From positions 1-31,548 of the forward strand of contig JBBCAV010000290.1 in the NCBI GenBank assembly GCA_051382305.1: DNA of 31,548 nucleotides. The letters run 5' to 3'. A model generated the notes under the pieces. It made no database searches. It worked only from the letters and a program-made list of their open reading frames with translations, and was not told the origin of the DNA. The first letter of the stretch is position 1; every line of letters begins with the position of its first letter. The position numbers and the translations under genes are program-made. Shown piece after piece: positions 16,444 to 23,517 of the stretch. Source of the DNA: Bdellovibrionota bacterium FG-2. GTDB taxonomy: Bacteria > Bdellovibrionota > UBA1018.

Positions 16444-16680
16444 ATGGAAAACCAAGTCAACGAGAAGGTCAGCCGAGGTTCAGCTAAGAAAAATGAAAGT
16501 GCGAAATCATGGGGCGATTATGCTCTCGATTTTGGGATGACTGTTTTGACTGGCCTTTGCTTCGGAGCAGGGTCGGCAGCTGGTGCACGCTTTGTGTCTT
16601 CGACCTTTTCAGGGCCGGTCGCTGGAAATGCGGAGACCGAAGGTAGGATTGTGCCTCTCAGAAAAGTCGGCTCGGCCTGA
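16444..16680 (+). CDS. Small hypothetical protein with a Gly/Ala-rich hydrophobic segment
   Basis: ATG 16444 after aagggg. Its 3' end recurs with protein-level conservation at 19030-19106. Confidence 0.65.
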   Translation: MENQVNEKVSRGSAKKNESAKSWGDYALDFGMTVLTGLCFGAGSAAGARFVSSTFSGPVAGNAETEGRIVPLRKVGSA

Positions 16681-16688
16681 GTCGACTG

Positions 16689-16716
16689 AAACCCCATATG
16701 GATGCGGGGTTTTTTT
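16689..16716 (+). terminator. Probable Rho-independent terminator
   Basis: aaacccc...ggggttt stem followed by a T run. Confidence 0.55.
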
Positions 16717-16822
16717 AGCCCTCACCCGACGCTCAATGGAAAAAGACGTATCGTTATGACACTACTTTCGGTTTAAGACTAGAAACGTGGCGCGGCGCTG
16801 AAGGCCGAGAAATGATCTATGC

Positions 16823-17170
16823 TTACGTATGATCGAGATTAATTCCTGATCTCTTCTTGCGCTGCCAATTCAAAGCAGCCCATTCCAAGGCTTCACTTAC
16901 AGAACGATCAGCCACGCGAGTGGCTCGTGAATATTTTTTAGCTTCGTCTTGCACTTTCTTGAGTCGTTGTTGGTAAGATAACGGTGGCGTGGAATTTATC
17001 TGGTCCGATACGTTAAGGACCAAACGCAAAGCTCTTTTGAACTCAGGAGTTCTTTTAACTGGGACGCGTCTTTCCATCTCGAGTTCCATCTGACGAAACT
17101 GTTGACATGTCGACATTCCAATCACTGCTTCAGCCAGGAAAGCTAATAAACTTTTTTCTTTGCTATCCAT
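16823..17170 (-). CDS. Hypothetical protein
   Basis: 115-aa ORF with RBS aggag, downstream of the nitrilase-fold gene. Confidence 0.55.
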   Translation of the reverse strand: MDSKEKSLLAFLAEAVIGMSTCQQFRQMELEMERRVPVKRTPEFKRALRLVLNVSDQINSTPPLSYQQRLKKVQDEAKKYSRATRVADRSVSEALEWAALNWQRKKRSGINLDHT

Positions 17171-17276
17171 AATTCTAGTATAGCTCCTATCTCATCACTC
17201 GAAAACGTGTCAAATCAAACACACCTTAACAATTATTATATCTAGCAAAAAGTACGCCACTCAACTAGGCTCCAGC

Positions 17277-18881
17277 TCAAACATATTCAACACCAGCCAA
17301 GAGTAAATCGAAGGCCTTACCCTCTTCTCGGCCATCTGCGGTCCATTCTTTACGGCGGTGTGCGCAAAGTGTCAATATAGCTGCCTGATCGGTGCCCTCC
17401 AATGCGATCTGACGAGACCCCCCTTTTGAATCCTTCCACAACGCTATTACCCGCGACACAGGTTTCCCAGGAGGGCGACTCCTTAAAGCCATTCCAAGCG
17501 ATGTCACGGTCAAGACAGATGAACCAGGATCATCTGCCAACACGCTTGCGTATCGTCCTGGCCACCTCTCGCTAAGCTGTGGTCCATCAAGGAGCAGCGC
17601 AATCACGAGATTTGGGCCGACTGAGCGTATTAAATGCGCCACAGGATCGTGTCTGGCCAAGTCCTCACAAATGAGATGACACATTGTTAGCCAGTCAGTT
17701 GCGCCCACAAAATTTACTGATCTGGGCAAAACCTTGATATCTTCCCAATAGTCTTGAGCCGGGTGAAGCGCACATCCCAAATCGTAAGTAAGAATTTGGG
17801 ATCGATTGATTTGCCATCGATGGTGCTTGTCTTGGTTGTAAGTGTCATACCGCTTGCGCAGAGGAGAAAGTAGACCGAGTTGAGCGTAATTGCGACGAGC
17901 ATCCCTGGCCCCAACCACGAAAAATGGAATCTTATTCGCTTTCAGCATTCGTCGAAACTGCACTAACTCCTTCTCATGTATCGCGCACTCTGGCAGAATT
18001 ACACCGTGAATTTCCCCCACTTTTTTCTGAGCACGCACAATCAGGTCATTAGCTTTATGGAAATCAAATTTCTTTTCTGGATCATAATCAAAAAACCTAA
18101 ACTTCTTAGGATCCATATTCTTCAAAGAGCCCCTCTTGACTCCAAAACTACTTGGATCTATCTCCGTTGGCCAGGGCAAGACAATGAGATTCAGACGTTC
18201 CTCCTCGGCGTTCATATTGCTTATTGGCTGCCAAATCCACTTAACTTCGACCTCTGATCGATCAACCGCCACATGGTGAGATAATGATCGCAGCGATATC
18301 CCCACTTGCGGGGTTCGGATTTTCGGAATTACTTTCACGCGACTTCTGTGAATAGTTGAAATTGTGCCACTGTTCTTTAGTAGTGCTGTCGCGATCGCAT
18401 AGAAAGTCCAGTGTTTCGTCGGGAAAAATCCGGGAATACCTACGCCTCTACAGGCGGTATCCGCAATTGCGTGGAGTTCCAAAATCGTAGAACATAAAGC
18501 CGAGTACTTCCTCTCAGCTAGGCTGGCAATGGAAACGGAGATATTTAAAGAAAGGTATTCTATTTTTTTCTTTAGTTCACTCGGAATGTGTACCTTTTTT
18601 GTTTCTGCCCATTCCCGCCAATCCTCACTCAGTTGCTCGACACCATCAACCCATTTTGTATTTAAACGCTCCGGAGGCCAATGTTCAACGACTTGGCGAT
18701 AAGCCCCGGATTCCGCAAGAATCATCGAAGTAAATGCAAAGGCATCAGGGGGCCATTTAAAAAATGCGATGAAATCTCGCTTTTCGGATATCTCTTGGAA
18801 AATATCTTCAATTGTTTTCGGGCCAGACTTGATAGCGGCTTTAGTTTTATTTTTGAGTCTTGCGGCTCGACTTGTTTTCAC
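17277..18881 (-). CDS. Carbon-nitrogen hydrolase (nitrilase-fold) protein with long N-terminal extension
   Basis: Glu-Lys-Cys triad contexts GVILPE, QDKHHRW and HLICEDLAR, with about 225 aa of additional N-terminal sequence. Confidence 0.75.
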   Translation of the reverse strand: MKTSRAARLKNKTKAAIKSGPKTIEDIFQEISEKRDFIAFFKWPPDAFAFTSMILAESGAYRQVVEHWPPERLNTKWVDGVEQLSEDWREWAETKKVHIPSELKKKIEYLSLNISVSIASLAERKYSALCSTILELHAIADTACRGVGIPGFFPTKHWTFYAIATALLKNSGTISTIHRSRVKVIPKIRTPQVGISLRSLSHHVAVDRSEVEVKWIWQPISNMNAEEERLNLIVLPWPTEIDPSSFGVKRGSLKNMDPKKFRFFDYDPEKKFDFHKANDLIVRAQKKVGEIHGVILPECAIHEKELVQFRRMLKANKIPFFVVGARDARRNYAQLGLLSPLRKRYDTYNQDKHHRWQINRSQILTYDLGCALHPAQDYWEDIKVLPRSVNFVGATDWLTMCHLICEDLARHDPVAHLIRSVGPNLVIALLLDGPQLSERWPGRYASVLADDPGSSVLTVTSLGMALRSRPPGKPVSRVIALWKDSKGGSRQIALEGTDQAAILTLCAHRRKEWTADGREEGKAFDLLLAGVEYV

Positions 18882-19029
18882 TCAGGCTGCCTCATGCGCA
18901 CCAGAACGTTCCGTGGGTTTAAGCAAATAAGCGAGATTCACTATTAAATATTAATCCTCTATGGTGTTCCCTGCAAGTCCTGCATACATTGTCTTTGGAT
19001 AAGAGTGGTGCTGCCAATAATCTGACGTG

Positions 19030-19106
19030 TTTCAGGGCCGGTCGCTGGAAATGAGGAAGCTGAAAGTCGTGGTGCGATCCCGATCCGCAAGGTAGGCAAC
19101 GCATAA
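19030..19106 (+). pseudogene. Orphan 3' fragment paralogous to the 16444-16680 gene
   Basis: 24-nt exact match tttcagggccggtcgctggaaatg with 16607-16630. Reads SGPVAGNEEAESRGAIPIRKVGNA* versus SGPVAGNAETEGRIVPLRKVGSA*. In-frame TGA at 19023-19025. Confidence 0.8.
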
Positions 19107-19366
19107 AAAGACCTCGTTCTCCTGCTCCTGCAGGAGGGTGGGGAGGGCGCAACGTAGCTGTCATCGAAGGATCTCCACCGTAGGGGGTTCACAAACACTT
19201 GGAAAATGTCCTTTTTTACTGATACCATTTGCCTTCTTCAAGGCACCTTGAAGAGGGTTTATTCGGCGAGGCAAAACCTCTGGTGGGTTACCCCCAGTAC
19301 CCTTCGCTCAAGGGGGCACCTAGAAAATCAATCGAGACCCAGAAATATTTTTATGAGGATTCTTTC

Positions 19367-20551
19367 ATGAAAGTAAGCCCTATCCGATCAGCCTTCGCAG
19401 ACACAATATTGTGCCGTTTTCGTACACACTACCTCGCGTTGAACCTGACCCCCAAATGCAGTGCCTTGCCGATCAAAGTTATGATCGTGATTCAAGGCGG
19501 AGGAGCAAAAGGTGGCTGGCAAGGCGGCGTCCTGGAGGCATTGATCGATTCGAAGACGGTTACACCTGTGGCTTCCATAGGATCGAGTGCCGGAGCCATC
19601 AATAGCTGGCTTTTGTCCGCTAAACTTGGAGACCCTTCAAAGCCACTTTTCAGGAACTTCTGGACCACTCTACCATCTGAAATTCGGAAGGAATGGCGCG
19701 TGGCGGCCGGTGCACTTAATCGCCTACCCTATTCTATTTATCACGTCGCGAAAGATAAACTTGGATTCAAGGACAAACATCGGCTCAAGCCGATGCTCCC
19801 ATTTGAGTCCTTTCGGGATGCGTTAGCAAAACACCTTCCCGCTACCCCCACAAAAATTCATACATATCTTCTTGCGACCAACATTGACCATCGTGCTCCG
19901 CTCCCTGTCTACGACAGTCAACGTCCGTGTACTTTTGGTTTTAATCCGGGATCTTTGAAGGCTGATATCTATGACAATGATATTTTGAATGTGAACGAAA
20001 ACTGCTCTCCACTTGAATACGCTGACGCAATCGCTGTTAGTTGTGCTCTCCCAATGGTCGCCCCACTTAAAATTGCGGGTCTCAACTATTCAGATGGCGG
20101 ACTTTACTCTAATCTTCCGGTGAATGTTTGCATTGGAAGTGGTGGGCTCGGCGGCGATTGTATAATTTGTATCTCGCCCTATCCTCTAAAGAAACTTAAT
20201 CCAGCCGACTACATTCACTATCGAACGCTTTCAATGTTGAGGAGAATGCAAATTGAGTTAATTCGAAAGTCGAAAAACATTTCCCAAACGCCGCTCTTTG
20301 TTATCGAACCACCGTCAATACTGATGTCTGGAACACTCCTTGGGTTCTTTTCGGGCAAATTGCAGTCGTCGGAATACCAAAAAGGATATGCATCTGGCTT
20401 AGCATTCGCTCGCTCTTTGGTGTCTCTGTTAGATGGGGACCTGGGACCGATTGCAGCTTATGATCTCATACGAAAAAAACTCCCCCCACCAGGAAAGCTT
20501 GCCCGAATAAATCATTGGTGGACCAACTGGGTGAATCCTGCTTGGAAGTGA
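19367..20551 (+). CDS. Patatin-like phospholipase
   Basis: Oxyanion motif GGGAKG, nucleophile GSSAG, catalytic DGG. Start uncertain (ATG 19367 after gagga, or ATG 19481). Confidence 0.85.
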   Translation: MKVSPIRSAFADTILCRFRTHYLALNLTPKCSALPIKVMIVIQGGGAKGGWQGGVLEALIDSKTVTPVASIGSSAGAINSWLLSAKLGDPSKPLFRNFWTTLPSEIRKEWRVAAGALNRLPYSIYHVAKDKLGFKDKHRLKPMLPFESFRDALAKHLPATPTKIHTYLLATNIDHRAPLPVYDSQRPCTFGFNPGSLKADIYDNDILNVNENCSPLEYADAIAVSCALPMVAPLKIAGLNYSDGGLYSNLPVNVCIGSGGLGGDCIICISPYPLKKLNPADYIHYRTLSMLRRMQIELIRKSKNISQTPLFVIEPPSILMSGTLLGFFSGKLQSSEYQKGYASGLAFARSLVSLLDGDLGPIAAYDLIRKKLPPPGKLARINHWWTNWVNPAWK

Positions 20552-20603
20552 CGTAATTGCTAATGCTTCAGAGTGGTATGTCCCGCGAAATTATCTGAAT
20601 GGG

Positions 20604-20813
20604 TTACGACGGAACATTCCTGCGGGCGGCACGAGCTTCACTGGTTCGTTGCTCAACAGTCTTCCTGGTGAATCGATCATTGGTTTGATTCAATAAGGTA
20701 GGCTTTGCCTCAGATCGTTTAGCCCGGCGAACATATGCGTAGCTTCGGAATGCCGCTAGAGTAAATGCGATTGACGCAAGGACAAACAGGATACCCCAGA
20801 ACTCCCACCTCAT
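20604..20813 (-). CDS. Possible small single-TM protein
   Basis: MRWEFWGILFVLASIAFTLAAF followed by a basic tail; no clear RBS. Confidence 0.35.
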   Translation of the reverse strand: MRWEFWGILFVLASIAFTLAAFRSYAYVRRAKRSEAKPTLLNQTNDRFTRKTVEQRTSEARAARRNVPS

Positions 20814-20947
20814 GGCTGATTGTAGCCATATCTGACTGACATTAGCCACTGTGTCCGCAAAGACCGCAAATGTTAATTCGCTAACTTTCTTCGTCCGGTG
20901 TGACGATAGATAATGCGATTCAAATATATTCAAGAGGGCGCATTACT

Positions 20948-21886
20948 ATGGCGATTCGGGAATCTCGTGAAGATAAGCTGGTGAGACAGATGATTCCGCA
21001 ACTCACGGAGTCATTAATTGAATTGAAGGCAATGCCGGTGGGCACCACGAAAGAAAGCGATGTGGAGGCTTGGTGTCGACGCGTTGTGAAGTCAGTTCTC
21101 GGGTTTAGCGCGAGCGCAGGCTACGATGTTCGAACCCAAGAAACCCGGGGAAAGATGCGTTTCGACTTGGTTGTCACCCGCCTCGATAAGCCGGAAGAAA
21201 TCTTATTGGTAGCTGAGATCAAACGCTTGGGTGCGAATCTGAGTAAGTCTGACCTGAGGTCGGGCAAAGGTCAGCTCCAGGAATATCTAAAGCACCTTGG
21301 AAATGTCCGCTGGGGAATTCTTACCAACGGTTTCGAGTGGTGCCTCTACGATTACAAATCAGATTCTATTAACGTGATCTCCACCGACGTTCGTGACGAG
21401 GAAGAACAAATCGATTCCACCGCCAAGGGTGCTCTTGATGCGGCGTTAAACCTCATCGAGTTCTCCGCTCATTATTTCGAAACAAAGGTTTGGGAAAATC
21501 TGTCAGCTGAGGCACAGGCACTTTCGCCGGAAGCGCTCGCCCGAAGTATTGTATCAATCGATATCATGAAGAAGGTGGCCAAATACCTCAATGAAGAATT
21601 TGACTATAGGGTTTCGCTCGAATCGCTTACTGAAAAACTCTCACTGCTTGTTGAGAATGGTCTAAAAGGGCTTGTTGGTTCCTGGAACGAGGTTAAACGA
21701 GCTGAGTTTGAGAAGTATGTTCGTAGCCAGCAACGCCAGCTAAAGAAAAATAAACCTCAGCGAGTAGTGGCAGGGGCAGCCGAGACAGAGGCTCCAGCTA
21801 CTAACGGAGAGGTTCAAGCATCAACCGGTACTTCGGAGCCTGCAATTGCTCCCTCGGTTGCTAGCGATGAGAAAAAGGCGGCTTAG
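20948..21886 (+). CDS. Type I restriction enzyme HsdR N-terminal-domain (PD-(D/E)XK) protein
   Basis: ESDVE...RFDLVV...AEIKR...QLQEY...WGILTNGFEWCLY is the HsdR_N-like pattern; helical C-terminus and low-complexity tail; no helicase motifs. Confidence 0.8.
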   Translation: MAIRESREDKLVRQMIPQLTESLIELKAMPVGTTKESDVEAWCRRVVKSVLGFSASAGYDVRTQETRGKMRFDLVVTRLDKPEEILLVAEIKRLGANLSKSDLRSGKGQLQEYLKHLGNVRWGILTNGFEWCLYDYKSDSINVISTDVRDEEEQIDSTAKGALDAALNLIEFSAHYFETKVWENLSAEAQALSPEALARSIVSIDIMKKVAKYLNEEFDYRVSLESLTEKLSLLVENGLKGLVGSWNEVKRAEFEKYVRSQQRQLKKNKPQRVVAGAAETEAPATNGEVQASTGTSEPAIAPSVASDEKKAA

Positions 21887-21940
21887 CGTCACAGGACTTT
21901 AGAAGGCCGCATTAAGCTTTAACATCAAAAAAGGAATTGC

Positions 21941-22267
21941 ATGACACAAAATAGACGTCCTATTTTGGACGCTCTTCGACAAAACCCAATAAAGTCTTCA
22001 GCTGGAGCAGGAACCGCTGCAGGGGTTGCTGGCGCCGCCGGTGCTTATACCGCCGTGGGAAGCATGGGAATGGCTACTACCGGAACCGCACTTTCAACGC
22101 TCTCAGGAGCTGCCGCCAACAGCGCAACACTTGCTTGGTTTGGAGGGGGCGCTTTGGGAACAGGGGGTGGCATTGCACTTGGGACTGTTGTTCTCACTGG
22201 GGGTGCTGTCGTTTTTGGCGGTCTGGTCTGTTGGGGCGCTTACCGGTTACTAAAGAAAAAAGGATAA
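21941..22267 (+). CDS. Glycine/alanine-rich membrane protein (glycine-zipper-like)
   Basis: TGTALSTLSGAAANSATLAWFGGGALGTGGG motif, hydrophobic C-terminus, RBS aagga. Confidence 0.7.
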   Translation: MTQNRRPILDALRQNPIKSSAGAGTAAGVAGAAGAYTAVGSMGMATTGTALSTLSGAAANSATLAWFGGGALGTGGGIALGTVVLTGGAVVFGGLVCWGAYRLLKKKG

Positions 22268-22275
22268 GCTTGTTG

Positions 22276-22839
22276 TCATTTTTGAAGAAGTTTTCTCAGC
22301 AAACTTCGGGCTTGCCCACGCTTGTCCTTGCCGATCCAAGAGGAAGGGTGTGGTGCATACATAATAGAAGCTTGGGGCATAGCGAGCTTCGTGTATTTTT
22401 CTGCAATGCGACCAAGAGCGATGATTGTGACACGCGATTGCTGCGAAAAGGGCTTCAAACGCTTTCTTAAATCCAGAACCCGCTCAACTATTTTTTCGTG
22501 AGCATTTTTATCATCGGGATTCTTAAAGTTCGTCCCATAATGTTTACTGAGTAAAGGCATTGAGTGTTGCAAAGAATTAAGTACGGCGATTTCTTGTTCG
22601 GTACAGAATTTTAGCAAATCCACTCTATTCCGTTTCGGAGTAGGCTCATCTAAAATGTCAGCAAGCATTTCCCAGAACCGCCGCCCTGAGGGCCCAACAA
22701 ATGGGCTTCGAGATGTGGGTGGGTTGGCTTGAATCTCTTGGTCCCCTGGTGATTCACCAATGAAGACAATCCGAATTTTTATTCCGCGCGGAATAAGGTC
22801 AGGAACAAAATTAGTATCTCCTATTTGAGGATCGGTCAT
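22276..22839 (-). CDS. Uracil-DNA glycosylase superfamily protein (family 4-like motifs)
   Basis: Motif A FIGESPG, PFVGPSG, IIALGRIA and motif B PHPS; no Fe-S Cys cluster visible. Confidence 0.8.
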   Translation of the reverse strand: MTDPQIGDTNFVPDLIPRGIKIRIVFIGESPGDQEIQANPPTSRSPFVGPSGRRFWEMLADILDEPTPKRNRVDLLKFCTEQEIAVLNSLQHSMPLLSKHYGTNFKNPDDKNAHEKIVERVLDLRKRLKPFSQQSRVTIIALGRIAEKYTKLAMPQASIMYAPHPSSWIGKDKRGQARSLLRKLLQK

Positions 22840-23192
22840 GGGCCGTCTTGGTTTCTCGATTGGGATGCCGCGGGCTTAGGTTTGCGCTTACCTTGTGAAG
22901 CATGCTTCGCGGCCTCTTGCTCGTACAAAACATTCATCGGCCGCTCCATCGCTAGGTATTCCGGCTTCCACGCGCAATGATTTTGTTTCAGATGGCCGCA
23001 GCTCCAACCTGGGAAGCGATTCAGCCAGTCCTGATACTCTACGAAGGTGGGGGTGAAGTCTGCCGCCCTAATGACCTCGAGTTCACCGTACAGGGACTCG
23101 AGGAAGCGATGGTACCTTGCATAAGCCGCAAGATATGGATCGTTATATTGTTTGAGTTTCTCTCGTTCCGCGTAGTTCAGAAGTTCGATCAT
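22836..23192 (-). CDS. Hypothetical protein translationally coupled to the UDG gene
   Basis: ATGA overlap at 22836-22839; 118 aa. Confidence 0.6.
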   Translation of the reverse strand: MIELLNYAEREKLKQYNDPYLAAYARYHRFLESLYGELEVIRAADFTPTFVEYQDWLNRFPGWSCGHLKQNHCAWKPEYLAMERPMNVLYEQEAAKHASQGKRKPKPAASQSRNQDGP

Positions 23193-23304
23193 GGGAGTTT
23201 CCCTGCTTTCTACTCAATTTTATCATGAGGCCTGGTAAGCTGTCACATCCCCTCTGTTTAAATTTTGCGTGAGGCTCCGTCCCCGCATCTTTTTTTATCC
23301 CGAA

Positions 23305-23338
23305 GCGGCGGGCGCCCGAAGGGCCAGCGCCCGGCCGC
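23305..23338. other. GC-rich hairpin next to the iteron-like repeats
   Basis: gcggcgggcgc...gcgccc(g)gccgc stem enclosing cccgaaggg. Confidence 0.5.
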
Positions 23339-23433
23339 GTACTCGTGTATATCTAGTGATAACTCGTGGTGAAATTTTGCAAGAAAAACGCAAAAGATCT
23401 CTTCGACTTACAACTTTGTGTCATTTTTTGAAA

Positions 23434-23517
23434 GTGAGTTTTAGGTTAATTCTGAGGGTCCAATAGTGACTTTTGGGTTAATTCCAGTCCTCTGAATGTT
23501 ACCTTTGGGTTAATTCT
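23434..23517. repeat. Three 20-bp iteron-like direct repeats with 32-bp periodicity (putative origin)
   Basis: gtgagttttaggttaattct (23434), gtgacttttgggttaattcc (23466) and gttacctttgggttaattct (23498), adjacent to an AT-rich stretch. Confidence 0.7.

Noticed and set aside
18882-18941. 19-codon minus-strand uORF ending directly before the nitrilase start
   Set aside because: Too short, with long RBS spacing and no conservation evidence.
19002-20597. agagtggt...aa(t/a)(a/t)atctga similarity at ~19002 and ~20569 as cassette boundaries of the patatin
   Set aside because: The matches are short and the spacers differ (6 vs 11 nt), so they are compatible with chance.
19367-22839. Assignment of the patatin/nuclease cluster to CBASS or a type I R-M system
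   Set aside because: No CD-NTase, HsdM/HsdS or helicase motifs are present in the window.
23434-23517. Mini CRISPR array
   Set aside because: The repeats are 20 bp and non-identical, spacers are only 12 bp, and no cas genes are present; the pattern fits iterons better.
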